A stretch of 64,000 nucleotides of DNA from an uncultured Gammaproteobacteria bacterium. GTDB lineage: Bacteria > Pseudomonadota > Gammaproteobacteria > Steroidobacterales > Steroidobacteraceae. The position numbers and the translations under genes were made by a program. This document shows positions 40,597-51,795 of this stretch, piece by piece. The notes beneath the pieces are model-generated. The model was given only the letters and a program-made list of their open reading frames with translations. It searched no databases and was not told the DNA's origin. Each line of letters opens with the position of its first letter. Positions within the stretch are counted from its first letter, which is position 1. The stretch lies in NCBI GenBank assembly GCA_963705495.1, contig CAVPJQ010000020.1:4504-68503 (forward strand), written 5' to 3'.

Positions 40597-41688
40597 GTGA
40601 AAGCGCTTGCGCTCCTCATCGCCGCAGTCGCTGCCGCGTGTGCGGTCGCTGCCGGGAGCGCAGAAGAGAAGATCCTGAACGTCTTCACGTGGCCGGACTA
40701 CATCGGTCCGAACACCATTGCAGACTTCGAAAAGGAGTACGGAATCAAGGTGAACTACGACACCTACGATTCCACCGAAATGGCGGAGGCGCGGCTACTG
40801 GCCGGTCGTACGGGTTACGACGTGGTTGATCACGCCGAACGTTATTCGGCGCGCCTGATCCCGATCGGCGTCTACCGTCCGCTCAATCGCGCCAAGCTCA
40901 CCAACTGGGGGAACCTCGACCCCTGGGTGCTCAACACCCTGCAGTCAGCGGATCCGGGCAATCGCTATGGCGTGCCGTATCTGTGGGGCACGACCGGATT
41001 TACCTACAACGTGAAGATGATCCGTGAGCGCATGCCGAACGCACCGGTCGACAGCGCAGACATGATCTTCAAGCCGGAGGTCGCGCGCCATTTCGCGGAT
41101 TGCGGCATCTCGTTCCTCGATGAGCCCACCGACGTGATCCCGATGGCCATGATCTATCTCGGCCACGATGCCAACAGCGTTGATCCTGCCGATCTCGCGC
41201 AAGTCGAGAAGCTTCTCAAGGCGGTGCGCCCGTACATCCGCTACTTCAGCTCGGCGAAGATGCTGGTCGACTTGCCCAACGAGGAGGTCTGCATTGCGAT
41301 GAGCTGGTCGGGAGACTACGCGCAGGCGATGTACCGGGCACAGGAGGTTGGCAAGCCGGTCGAGCTCGCATACACGACACCGCGCGAAGGGACGCTGGCG
41401 TGGTTCGACCTGTGGTTCATTCCGGCGGATGCGCCGCATCCCGACAACGCCCACCTGTTCCTGAATTACCTGTTGCGCCCGAAGGTGATCGCGGACATCA
41501 GCAACGAGGTCCGGTATGCGGCGCCAAACATTCCGGCCATGCCCTTCGTTGTGCCCGAGGTTCGCAATGATCCCGCGGTGTACCCGCCCGAAGAGGTGCG
41601 GCTCAGCCTGCACAAGGGCGTTCTTCACAGCCCGAAGGAGGAGCGCGCGAGGTCCCGTCTGTGGTCCCGCGTGAAGACCGGACTGTGA
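40597..41688 (+). CDS. potF: polyamine (putrescine/spermidine-type) ABC transporter periplasmic binding protein
   Basis: GTG start and signal peptide. Collinear similarity to PotF: LNVFTWPDYIGPNTIADFEKEYGIKVNYDTYDS, YLWGTTGFTYN, FLNYLLRPKVIADIS. Confidence 0.85.
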   Translation: MKALALLIAAVAAACAVAAGSAEEKILNVFTWPDYIGPNTIADFEKEYGIKVNYDTYDSTEMAEARLLAGRTGYDVVDHAERYSARLIPIGVYRPLNRAKLTNWGNLDPWVLNTLQSADPGNRYGVPYLWGTTGFTYNVKMIRERMPNAPVDSADMIFKPEVARHFADCGISFLDEPTDVIPMAMIYLGHDANSVDPADLAQVEKLLKAVRPYIRYFSSAKMLVDLPNEEVCIAMSWSGDYAQAMYRAQEVGKPVELAYTTPREGTLAWFDLWFIPADAPHPDNAHLFLNYLLRPKVIADISNEVRYAAPNIPAMPFVVPEVRNDPAVYPPEEVRLSLHKGVLHSPKEERARSRLWSRVKTGL

Positions 41689-42788
41689 GCGAACCTCCAT
41701 CGCCGCTGGTACAGATCCGTGAACTCTCGAAGCATTTCGATGGCGTCGTAGCGGTGGATCGAGTGTCCCTCGACATTCTTCGCAGCGAATTGTTCGCGAT
41801 CCTGGGCAGCTCCGGATGCGGCAAGACCACGCTGCTCAGGATGCTGGCGGGTTTCGAGCCGCCGACTTCGGGCCGGATCCTCATCGACGGCGTCGATGTC
41901 ACCGATGCGCCCCCTTACGAGCGCCCGGTCAACATGATGTTCCAGTCCTACGCACTGTTTCCGCACATGACCGTGACCCAGAACGTCGCCTACGGGCTCA
42001 AGAAGGAACGGGTTCCAGCCGCCCAGATCAAGGAGCGGGTCGGCGAGATGCTCGCGCTCGTCAAGCTCGAACCTCTCGCCGACCGCAAGCCAGACAAGCT
42101 TTCCGGTGGGCAGCAGCAGCGCGTGGCGCTCGCTCGAGCTCTGGTCAAGCGGCCCAAACTGCTGCTGCTCGATGAACCACTGGCGGCGCTCGACAAGAAG
42201 CTGCGCGAGCACACGCAGTTCGAGCTCGCCAACATCCAATACCAACTTGGCACGACCTTCGTCGTCGTCACGCACGACCAGGACGAAGCGATGACGCTTG
42301 CGAGCCGCATCGCCGTGATGGCGGAAGGGCGGATCGCGCAGGTGGGCACTCCAGGCGAGGTGTACGAGTACCCGGCCAACCGCTACGTCGCAAGCTTCGT
42401 CGGCAACATCAACCTGATCGAGGGTCGCGTAGCGAGTGCGAATGCAGGACGTTTATCGCTGCGTTGTGATGCGCTCAATGCGGATCTGGCGGTGCTGTGC
42501 GAGGAGGAGATCGGGTCCGGCGCTGCGGTCAGCGTGGCCGTGCGTCCCGAAAAGATCACGATCAGCCGCAACGCCCCGAACGGCGAGGATCGCAACGTCG
42601 TCAAGGGCATTGTCCGCGACCTCGGCTACTTCGGCGATCAATCGCTGTATCGCGTGCGGCTGCAGAGTGGAGCCGTGTTGCAGGTCAGCGCACAGAATCT
42701 GCGGCGCTCAGCAAAGCTGACCGTGGAGTGGGACGACGAAGTGTATCTGTCGTGGGAAGTCTCCAGCACGATCCTGTTGCGCTCATGA
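41685..42788 (+). CDS. potG: polyamine ABC transporter ATP-binding protein
   Basis: GTGA overlap with potF. Walker A GSSGCGKTT, signature LSGGQQQRVALARAL, Walker B LLLLDEP. Confidence 0.85.
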   Translation: MSEPPSPLVQIRELSKHFDGVVAVDRVSLDILRSELFAILGSSGCGKTTLLRMLAGFEPPTSGRILIDGVDVTDAPPYERPVNMMFQSYALFPHMTVTQNVAYGLKKERVPAAQIKERVGEMLALVKLEPLADRKPDKLSGGQQQRVALARALVKRPKLLLLDEPLAALDKKLREHTQFELANIQYQLGTTFVVVTHDQDEAMTLASRIAVMAEGRIAQVGTPGEVYEYPANRYVASFVGNINLIEGRVASANAGRLSLRCDALNADLAVLCEEEIGSGAAVSVAVRPEKITISRNAPNGEDRNVVKGIVRDLGYFGDQSLYRVRLQSGAVLQVSAQNLRRSAKLTVEWDDEVYLSWEVSSTILLRS

Positions 42789-43702
42789 GCGAAGAATCCT
42801 CCAACACGGGCCCTCAGAGCGAGCGCTGGCTGCGCAGGACGGTGATGCTGCCGTACCTGTGGCTGCTGCTGTTCTTTCTCGCCCCGTTCTTGATCATCCT
42901 CAAGATCAGCTTCGCTGATCCGATCGTTGCACAGCCGCCGTTCACGGCGCTGCTCGAATGGGGCCGGCAGGGATTCGAAGGGATCAGGGCCACGTTCGAC
43001 AACTACCTGTTCCTGTTTGAGGACGGCTACTACGCGATCATCTATCTTGCGTCGCTGAAGATGGCGGCGATCGGCACGTTGCTGTGTCTTCTGCTCGGCT
43101 ATCCGATGGCGTACTTCATTGCGCGCCAGCCGCCGCGCCGCCGCCAGATTCTGCTGCTCGCGGTCATCCTGCCGTTCTGGATCTCGTTCCTGTTGCGCGT
43201 GTATGCGTGGATCGGCCTGTTGAGCAACAAGGGGATCATCAACCACTTCCTGGTGAGCGTGGGCATCATCGATCGACCGCTGCCGTTGCTCTACAACAAC
43301 TTCGCCGTGTATCTCGGCATCCTCTATTCGTACCTGCCGTTCATGATTCTGCCTCTGTACGCGAATCTGGAGCGCCAGAACCTGGACCTGCTGGACGCGG
43401 CTGCGGACCTCGGCGCCAAGCGCTGGCAGGTCTTTCTCGATGTCACGCTGCCGCTGTCGAAGCCCGGCATCATCGGCGGATGCCTGCTGGTGTTCATTCC
43501 CGCCGTGGGCGAGTTCACGATCCCGGCGCTGCTCGGTGGCGCCGATACGCTGATGATCGGCCGCGTTCTGTGGGATGAATTCTTTGTGAGCCGCGACTGG
43601 CCGGTGGCGTCCGCCGTGTCCGTCGTGCTGCTGCTCTTGCTGATTGCCCCGATTCTCTGGTTCCAGCACCACCAGAATCGCGAGCAGGAGGCGGGGCGAT
43701 GA
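42785..43702 (+). CDS. potH: polyamine ABC transporter permease
   Basis: ATGA overlap with the upstream gene. Multi-TM protein with EAA-like loop LDAAADLGAKRWQVFLDVTLPLSKPG. Confidence 0.8.
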   Translation: MSEESSNTGPQSERWLRRTVMLPYLWLLLFFLAPFLIILKISFADPIVAQPPFTALLEWGRQGFEGIRATFDNYLFLFEDGYYAIIYLASLKMAAIGTLLCLLLGYPMAYFIARQPPRRRQILLLAVILPFWISFLLRVYAWIGLLSNKGIINHFLVSVGIIDRPLPLLYNNFAVYLGILYSYLPFMILPLYANLERQNLDLLDAAADLGAKRWQVFLDVTLPLSKPGIIGGCLLVFIPAVGEFTIPALLGGADTLMIGRVLWDEFFVSRDWPVASAVSVVLLLLLIAPILWFQHHQNREQEAGR

Positions 43703-44505
43703 AGCGTCGGTCGCTTCTGCTGCTGAGTATTGCGTGCTTTGGCTATGCGCTCTTGTACGTGCCGATCCTGTCGGTGGTGATCTACTCGTTCAATGCCTCG
43801 CGTCTCGTGACGCTCTGGGGAGGCTTCTCGACGCGCTGGTATGTAAGTCTGCTGGCGGACGATGAGTTGCTGGCCGCAGCTTTTCTGAGTCTGCGCATCG
43901 CCATCGTGAGTGCCACGCTGGCAACGGCGCTCGGCGCATTGGTTGCGCTGGCCCTGCACCGCGTGCAAAGGCTGCGGGGACGAATCCTGCTGAGCGGCAT
44001 GGTCACAGCCCCCCTCGTGATGCCGGAGATCATCACCGGCTTGTCGCTGCTGTTCCTGTTCATCTCGATGGCCAATCTGATTGGCTGGCCTGCGACTCGT
44101 GGCGCGACCACCATCACGATTGCGCACATCACGTTCTCCATGGCGTACGTGGTGGTCGTGGTTCGCTCGCGGCTCGCTGCCCTGGACGAGTCGCTCGAGG
44201 AAGCGGCCATGGACCTCGGCGGCAAGCCGGTGGCCGTCTTCTTCGACATCACGGTACCCATGCTGCTGCCGGCTTTGGTCTCAGGCTGGCTGTTGTCGTT
44301 TACGTTGTCGCTCGATGACCTGGTGATCTCGAGCTTCGTTTCGGGACCCGGGGCCACGACGCTGCCGATGCTGATATTTGCAAAAGTGCGTCTCGGCGTG
44401 ACCCCTGACATCAATGCAATCACGACGATTATCATTGCGCTGGTGGTCCTTGCAGTGGCGATTGCGGCCGTGATTTCCGGCCGGCGTCGCCCGGCGACGG
44501 GGTGA
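43699..44505 (+). CDS. potI: polyamine ABC transporter permease
   Basis: ATGA overlap with the upstream gene. 268-aa multi-TM protein with EAA-like loop LEEAAMDLGGKPVAVFFDITVP. Confidence 0.8.
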   Translation: MKRRSLLLLSIACFGYALLYVPILSVVIYSFNASRLVTLWGGFSTRWYVSLLADDELLAAAFLSLRIAIVSATLATALGALVALALHRVQRLRGRILLSGMVTAPLVMPEIITGLSLLFLFISMANLIGWPATRGATTITIAHITFSMAYVVVVVRSRLAALDESLEEAAMDLGGKPVAVFFDITVPMLLPALVSGWLLSFTLSLDDLVISSFVSGPGATTLPMLIFAKVRLGVTPDINAITTIIIALVVLAVAIAAVISGRRRPATG

Positions 44506-44510
44506 GAGCG

Positions 44511-45752
44511 ATGAATGAAGGTCTAACGCAACGGAGCGAAAGCAGGGCAGCGTGCGCTGAACACCTGGAGCGGCGAGCGCTCGTTGCCGGGCGTCCTGTA
44601 TCGCGATCCGACGACCTATGAGGAGGAGATCCAGCGGATCTTCTTCAAGTCCTGGCTCTATGTCGGGCACGCGAGCCAGATTCCGCAGCGCGGCGACTAT
44701 TTCCTGTTCGAGATCGCAGGCGAGTCCGTGATCGTCGTGCGCGATGGCGAGGGCCAGATCAACGCGTTGCTGAACGTGTGCCGCCATCGCGGATCGCGCA
44801 TCTGTGACGCAGGCGACCGGGCGTGCCTCGCGACTCGTGTGCCGCTATCACGGTTGGACCTACGGTCTCGACGGCTCGCTGCGTGCAGCAGGGCACACAC
44901 CGGCAGACTTCGACAAGGCAAACCTCGGGCCTGCGCCGGCTGCACGCCAAGGTGTTCGCAGGACTGATCTTCATCAACTTCGACGCGGCGCCGGCGCCCT
45001 TCGAAGCCATCGCGAACGATCTGGCTGCGCCGCTGGCGCCGTACGCGCTGGAGCACAGCAAGGTCGCACACCGTCAGAACTATCCCATCGCCAGCAACTG
45101 GAAGCTCGCCGTCGAGAACTACTGCGAGTGCTACCACTGCGCGCCTGCGCATCCGGAATATACGGTTGGACACGGGCGCGCGATTCCCCGCAAGGAACAG
45201 GCAGCCCTCTTGCCTGAAGTGATGGCACGCGCGCCCGAGGCGGGCCTCACACAGCACGACATTCGCCACTCATGGCTCGACGCGCAGGCGCTCGGCGTTG
45301 AGTGCAGCTTCGAGCGCTATCCGCTGTTGCGCGGTCATCAGACCGGCAGCCGCGACGGCAAGCGCGTCGCACCCTTCCTTGGCACGATCAAGGCCTACGA
45401 TGGAGGCGCAACCGACCTGCATCTGGGTCCGATGACTTTCGGCCTCGCCTATTGTGATCACGTCGTTCTCTACCGCTTCACGCCGCGCGGACTGCGCAAC
45501 ACGGATTGCGAGATCACCTGGCTCGTGAACGAAACGGCGGTCGAAGGCAAGGACTACGATCGCGCCGAACTGACCTGGCTGTGGGACGTCACGACCATTG
45601 CGGACAAGGAAATCATCGAGCGCAACCAGTTGGGTGTGGACTCGCGCTTTTACGAGCCCGGGCCCCTGTCGCCGATGGAGGATTTCACGCTGCGGTTCCT
45701 GCAGTGGTACGTCGCAACGATGCGTGGCGCGAATAGCGGGGCGGCCAGATAA
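44511..45752 (+). pseudogene. Rieske [2Fe-2S] ring-hydroxylating oxygenase alpha subunit (second copy), two or three frame interruptions
   Basis: YRDPTTYEEEIQRIFFKSW, CRHRGSRIC, then CRYHGWTYGLDG in another frame, then ENYCECYHCAPAHPEY. Frame changes lie near 44810 and 44930. The start is uncertain: ATG 44511 needs one more frame change near 44545, otherwise TTG 44584. Confidence 0.8.
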
Positions 45753-45827
45753 GACAGAACCGCTTCGATCGGCAATTGCGGCCGAGGCGATCGATGGTTA
45801 CTCTCGATTGACACTGGGGGGTGAGTC

Positions 45828-48203
45828 ATGACAGGCCCGAACAAGAAATCTCCAGGCATGGGATCGCAGGAGCTGACCGCCGCGATCTCAGCCATCCTGG
45901 CAGTGACGGGGACAGCATCGGCTCAAGAGCAACCGTCATCCGGCGCCACACTGGAGGAGGTCATCGTGACCGCCACCAAGCGTGAGGAGCGCTTGCAGGA
46001 CGTACCCGAATCGATCACCGCAATCGACTCGGACGCGATCCTGAAGCGTGGCCTGTTCCAGATGGACGACTATGCGCGCCTGGTTCCGGGTCTGTCGATC
46101 AGCGATCGCGAGCCAGGGGGCACAACCATCGTTTTCCGAGGCGTCGCCACGTCCGGTCTGCAGTTCGGCTCCGTTTCCTCCTCGGCGCTCTATCTCGACG
46201 AACAGCCGATCACGCAGAGCGGCCGCAATCCGGATCCACGACTGATCGACGTCGAGCGAGTCGAAGCCCTGCGCGGGCCGCAGGGTACGCTTTACGGCGC
46301 GAGCTCTCAGTCCGGGACGCTGCGGATCATCACCAACAAGCCGGATCCGACCAGGCTTGAGACCTGGTTCGACGCGCAAATGTCGAACGCTCAGCGACGG
46401 AGGCACGGGCTACGATCTCAGCGCCATGATCAACGTGCCGCTGGTCGCGGATCGACTCGCGCTGCGCCTGGTGGGCTTCACAGCCGAAGACGCCGGCTTC
46501 ATCGACAACGTGTTGAGCGACAGCCAGGGCGGCACCTTCGACAACGAGAACGTACTTAAGAAGGACGTCAATACGACCACGACTACTGGTGGGCGAGCGG
46601 CGCTCGGTCTGAATGTGACCGATAACGTACAGGCCACGCTGTCGGCGGTATTCCAGGACCTTCACGCGGATGGGCATGGGGATGTCAATCAGGCGCAGGC
46701 GACCTGCACCAGGTCCGCTTCGAGAATGAAAACCTGGATGACCACTGGTACCAGCTCGCGCTGACGCTCGATGCGTCCCTGCCATTCGGCCAGGCGGTGG
46801 TTGCGGCCTCCTATTTCAATCGCAAGCTTCGCTACGAGGCGGACGCCACGGACTATGAGTTCCAGTTCAATCAGAGCTTCATCAACTGCGTTCCTTCACC
46901 GACCGCGCCCTGTTCCCCCTCCTACGATTTTGGCGGCGACCCCAGGGGCTTCGCGATCAACCGCGAGGACACCGAGATCACGACCCTGGAGGCGCGCTTG
47001 TCTTCAAAGACGGGCTCGGAGAGCCGCTGGGCATGGCTGGTGGGGGCTTTCTACAGTGATGAGAAGGGCAAGACCGCATTCGACAGTTTCGTGCGTGGCT
47101 ACGAGAACACGCCGTCATTCGCGTACTTCAACTACTACGAGACTCGCTTGACGGGCAACACGCTCGATCCAACCCAGACCTGGTTCCTGGGCCGCTACGA
47201 CACCGACCTCGAGCAGGTGGCGGTGTTCGGGGAGCTGAGCTTCGATGTGACCGAGAACTTCACGATTACGGCCGGCGGGCGCTGGTTCGACTACGACCGC
47301 AAATTTGCACAGATCCAGGAGCAACCGGAAGGCTTCACCGGCGCATCGCGCCTCGACAACACCGAAAAGACCAGCGAAAGCGGCACGGTCCTGAAACTGA
47401 ACGCTACCTATCGATTTGATCGCGACCGGCTCGTCTACGCCACCTATTCGGAGGGCTTTCGCGTCGGCGGCGCGAACCCGCTGAAGGGGAACACGGTGTT
47501 GCCGAGATTCTATGACTCCGACGAACTGAAGAACTACGAGATCGGCGCGAAAACCGAGTGGCTGGAGCACCGTCTGCGATTCAACATCTCCGCCTACTAC
47601 ATGAAATGGGACAACTTCGCGGTGCAGATCGAGGATCCGCAACCGAACGTTTTCCAGCTGGGCTACGTCAACCTGGCGAGTGCCGAGATCAAGGGCTTCG
47701 AGGCGGAGTTCGCTGCAACGCTCAGCCAGCACTGGCTGCTCGACGGTTCGCTTGCGTACAACAACGCGGAGACTTCGGAGGCATCGTCGTTTTCGACCAC
47801 GGATGAGAATGGCGAAACGTTCGAATTTGGAGTGACGAAAGGTGCGCGCCTGCCACTGTCACCGGACTGGAGCGCGTCGCTCGGCATCGAGTTCCGTCCC
47901 GGCGGACTCATCTTCAATGCGCAGCCCTATCTGCGCTTCGACTATTCGTATGTCGGCGATTCGGTCAACTCGCTCGAAGGCATCGAGTCGGTCGTTCTCG
48001 ACACCCCGGTCGATACGCAGAAGGCCTACCAGATCGGCGATCTGCGCTTCGGGCTGGACGGGGATCACTGGAGCGGCTCGATCTTCATCGACAATGTCTG
48101 GGACGAGCGCGCGGATTTGTTCCTGAGCAACCGCTGGGGCGTGCAACGGCAAGCAATCAATCCGCCGCGTACCCTGGGCGTGCAGGTTCGGTATACGTTC
48201 TGA
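45828..48203 (+). pseudogene. TonB-dependent receptor, two frame interruptions
   Basis: Signal peptide, LEEVIVTATKREERLQD, VEALRGPQGTLYGASSQSGTLRI, and a barrel ending ...LGVQVRYTF. Frame changes lie near 46385 and 46700. Confidence 0.85.
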
Positions 48204-48237
48204 TCGTGCCCTGACCATTCTCGTCGCAACTTCGGTC

Positions 48238-49157
48238 GTGCGCGGCAGCCGCCAGGGCGAGAGCCATGGTGGCGTGTACCTGATCGATTTCGACGCTGAC
48301 CGTGCAGTCCAGGTACTCGACTGGAACACGATGGACATCGACTGGCAGGGGCGCGGCTGGGATCGCGGTCTGCGCGGCATCGCGTTTGATGGCGAGGTCG
48401 TCTTCATTGCAGCGAGCGATGAGTTGTTCGCCTACACGCCAGACTTCAAGCTGCTTGGATCGTGGCGCAACCGCTATCTCAAGCACTGCCACGAGATCCA
48501 TCGCCACGAGCGGACACTCTTTCTGACCTCGACCGGGTTCGATTCCATCCTCGGCTTCGACCTGGACCGCAAGGGTTTCGTCTGGGGGCTCAACATCGCT
48601 GCGGAGGGCGATGTGTTCGCCGGAAAGCCATTCGATCCTGAGTTTGGCGACGGTCCAGAGGCTTCGAATGCGCTGCATCTGAACAATGTTCATTGCGAGC
48701 GCGGTGGCATGTATATCAGCGGCCTGCGGACGGGCGGAGTGCTGCTATTCAACGGCCGGGAACTGCGCCGCTGGGCCCAGCTGCCCATCGGCGTGCACAA
48801 CGCACGCCCGTTTCGCGATGGTGTGCTTTTCAACGACACCGAAGCCGATGTCGTGAGGTACGTGTCGCGCGACAGTGAGCGTGTATTTCCCGTGCCGCGC
48901 TTTCCGGAGGAAAGCCTCACTCATCGTCGACCCCGAGGACTCGAGGCTGGCGCGACAGGCGTTCGCACGCGGCCTGTGCGTGATCGACGCAGAGACCATC
49001 GCCTGCGGTTCGTCGCCCTCGACGGTTACGCTGCGCCGACCTGAAGCCCGGCGGCAAGGCTCGTAGCGCAACCCTTACGCACGACGTCCGCAACGCAATT
49101 CACGGCCTGGAGGTCTGGCCCTTTGGCTGGAACCCGCCGACCGACCGCAAGGCCTGA
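48238..49157 (+). pseudogene. hypothetical protein (possibly beta-propeller-like), two frame interruptions near the 3' end
   Basis: SRQGESHGGVYLIDFD...LFLTSTGFDSILGFDL. The C-terminus was recovered in two other frames (LIVDPEDSRLARQAFARGLCVIDAETIACGSSPSTVTL, ADLKPGGKARSATLTHDVRNAIHGLEVWPFGW). The true start is unclear: there is no ATG, and GTG 48238 was taken. Confidence 0.5.
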
Positions 49158-49209
49158 GGGCTGCAGGAAGATTTGCCCGGGTCGCTCGCCCGCCTATAGG
49201 CTTCATCAC

Positions 49210-49800
49210 ATGGACATCGGTGTAGCGCTGCGTTCCTTCGGCAAGGTGGACTCAGAGGCGCTGGCCGCCCAGATTCTCGCTGCCGACGAAGCGGTCTGGA
49301 ACGAATACGTCGAGCGGCAAAAGAGCTATGAGGTTCACGAGCAGACCCGTTCGATCGTGCTCCTGTTCGCCGAGATCTCAAACTGGCCCGCTGTCGATGT
49401 CAGCAAGCAGCCAGGATGGGATCGCTTTGCCGGAACCGCCGTGCCGCTCATGCACCAGATCATTCGCAACTGGTATCCGCCCGGCGGCACGATCATTCGC
49501 GCCATGGCGGCCCGGTTATTCGCAGGTGGAAAGATACTCCCGCATCGCGACTCGCATCCGTCGTTCGGCGCGGGTCATCGGATTCATGTGCCAATCGCGA
49601 CCAACCCGCGCGTGCGCTTCATGATCGACGGCCGACCCGCCCGGCTGGAAGTCGGCCACGCCTACGAGATCAACAATCAGAAAACCCACAGCGTCATGAA
49701 CAAGGGCGACACGGATCGCATCCACTTCATCTTCGACTACGTGCCCCCGACCAGTCCTGCCGGTACTGCGGCGCCTCAGGCGCGATCAGACGATTCGTAA
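49210..49800 (+). CDS. aspartyl/asparaginyl beta-hydroxylase-family (cupin, 2OG-Fe) protein
   Basis: 196 aa. GGKILPHRDSHPSFGAGHRIHVPIATNPRVRFMIDG...AYEINNQKTHSVMNKGDTDRIHFIFDY matches the AspH-domain pattern. Confidence 0.7.
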   Translation: MDIGVALRSFGKVDSEALAAQILAADEAVWNEYVERQKSYEVHEQTRSIVLLFAEISNWPAVDVSKQPGWDRFAGTAVPLMHQIIRNWYPPGGTIIRAMAARLFAGGKILPHRDSHPSFGAGHRIHVPIATNPRVRFMIDGRPARLEVGHAYEINNQKTHSVMNKGDTDRIHFIFDYVPPTSPAGTAAPQARSDDS

Positions 49801-51788
49801 CGCCGATAGCGGTCGCGAATGGGCTCGATGACCGTGATCAGCTCATCGAGATGCTGCGCGTAGTTTCGCCAGTGGCCTATCGACCGATCGTAGATCGGCT
49901 GGCGCACCTGCTCCGCGCTGGGCGTGCGTACTGGCCGATCGCTCTCGTAGAACCGCAGACACGCGTCCTCCCACGCCAGCCCACAGAAGTCCAGTAGCCG
50001 GCGCACCTGCGCCTCGAAGTCGGTCACCACCTGCTCGTACTGCACGGTCAGCACGCGGCCGGGGAGCACTTCGGCCCAGTGATCCATCATCCGCTGATAC
50101 TGCAGGTAGTACTCGCCGATCTCGGTGAGGTCGTAGGTGAAGTTCTGCCCTTTGGCAAACAGCTGTCGATAGCAGCTGACGCAGGCATCGAGCGGGTGGC
50201 GGCGCGCGTCGATGATCCTGGCGTTCGGCAGGATCATCGACAGGAAACCAATGTTGGGGAAGTTGTTCGGCATCTTGTCGATGAACCGCGGCGCGCCCGA
50301 GCGGCGATGCAGCTGCGCGTAAGCGAGGTAGTCCTTGCCCAGCGACTCGAAGTTCTGCGGCTCGAGCTCGCGCACCGCTTCCGGATAGTTGATGCCGTCG
50401 GCCCGGTTGCGGTTGAGCCAGGTGGCGACCCTGCCCAGGTACGGAAGCTCGCTCGTGCCCTCGACCTGGCTATGACTTGCGAGGATCTGCTCGAGCAGCG
50501 TCGACCCCGAGCGCGGCAGACCCAGGATAAAGATGGGCGCGGGATCCGGATGGCCGACGCCGCGTTGAGCTTGCAGGAAATCCGCTGAAAACACCTTCAC
50601 CAGACGATCGTTGGTCACTTCGGTGAGCACGGGATCGTAGGCGACCTCCGCGCGCTGCTTCGTGTTGCCGGTGCTGTAGAAATGCCATGCACGCTCGAAA
50701 TCGCTGCGATCCTCATACGCCTTGCCCAGCGCGAACAGAAAGTTCACCTCCGACTGTGCCGTGAGCCCGCTGCCGCCAACGCGACGTTCCATTTCGGCGA
50801 CGGTTGCAGCATCGAAGCGGTAGGTCTTGAGGTTCGCGAGACTCCAGTAGGTCTCCCCCAGATCGGGACGCTGTCGAATGCATTCGTTGTAGGAGGCGAC
50901 GGCCTCCTCATAGCGACCGATGGCCTTGAGCAAGTGACCGAGTCCAATCAGCGCACCGATGTGTCCGGGACGCAGTTGGAGGCACCGCCGATACGCGTCG
51001 ATGGCTTCGTGCGTGAATGCCGCCGGAGCCAGCGTGGACGCGCGCAGGAAGTGGGCCTGCGGACTGGCGGCATCGAGGGTGAGGGCCCGGTCGAAACACT
51101 CGAGGGCCTCAGCGTATCGGTCCTGCTCCTTGAGCAGCCGGCCAAGATCGAGAATCGCCGCCAGGAAATCAGGGGCAAGCGAAATCGCTTTCTGTAGCAG
51201 CGATTCCGCCTCCACGGCGCGTCCAGCCTGCGCGGCGATCAGCCCGAGGAGTCGGATCGCGTCGACGTTGTGCGGGTCATGACGAAGAATTCGGCGGTAC
51301 AGATGCTCGGCTTCATCGAGCCGGCCTTCCTTCTGATGTTCCGCGGCGAGCGCCATCATGCGCCGCTCCGGCGACAGCTCGAAGCAGCGCTCAAACGCCT
51401 GGTCAGCGTCAGCGCCTCGCCCGAGCATGGCCAGTGCCTTGCCGAGCGCGAACCACGCTCTTTCGAGCTTCGGGTCCAGATGCGTGGCTCGTTCCAGGTG
51501 CGGCAGGGCCTCGGCGGCGCGATTCTGCTGCACGAGCAGATAGCCAAGGTCTTCGTGCGGCTTTGCAAACGTCGGGGCGTCGGCAATCGCCTTGAGCAGC
51601 AACTCTTCGGCGTCCGCCGATTGATTCAGCTTGATCAGCAAGGCACCGAGGAGCGCGCGCATGTTGACGTCGCGCGGGTAGATTTCGAGCGCCTGTCGGC
51701 AGCGGGCCTCGGCTGTGGCGAGATCCCCTGAGTTGATGAGCGCGATCGCCTCGTCGAAGACCGCTTTCGGCGCGATCAGAGAACGCAT
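49776..51788 (-). CDS. TPR-repeat-containing sulfotransferase, intact
   Basis: 670 aa. About 9 TPR repeats followed by a sulfotransferase domain with PAPS 5'-phosphosulfate loop ILGLPRSGSTLLEQIL and RRHPLDACVSCY. Its 3' end overlaps the convergent hydroxylase gene by 25 nt. Confidence 0.8.
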   Translation of the reverse strand: MRSLIAPKAVFDEAIALINSGDLATAEARCRQALEIYPRDVNMRALLGALLIKLNQSADAEELLLKAIADAPTFAKPHEDLGYLLVQQNRAAEALPHLERATHLDPKLERAWFALGKALAMLGRGADADQAFERCFELSPERRMMALAAEHQKEGRLDEAEHLYRRILRHDPHNVDAIRLLGLIAAQAGRAVEAESLLQKAISLAPDFLAAILDLGRLLKEQDRYAEALECFDRALTLDAASPQAHFLRASTLAPAAFTHEAIDAYRRCLQLRPGHIGALIGLGHLLKAIGRYEEAVASYNECIRQRPDLGETYWSLANLKTYRFDAATVAEMERRVGGSGLTAQSEVNFLFALGKAYEDRSDFERAWHFYSTGNTKQRAEVAYDPVLTEVTNDRLVKVFSADFLQAQRGVGHPDPAPIFILGLPRSGSTLLEQILASHSQVEGTSELPYLGRVATWLNRNRADGINYPEAVRELEPQNFESLGKDYLAYAQLHRRSGAPRFIDKMPNNFPNIGFLSMILPNARIIDARRHPLDACVSCYRQLFAKGQNFTYDLTEIGEYYLQYQRMMDHWAEVLPGRVLTVQYEQVVTDFEAQVRRLLDFCGLAWEDACLRFYESDRPVRTPSAEQVRQPIYDRSIGHWRNYAQHLDELITVIEPIRDRYRRYESSDRA

Positions 51789-51795
51789 GGCGGGA

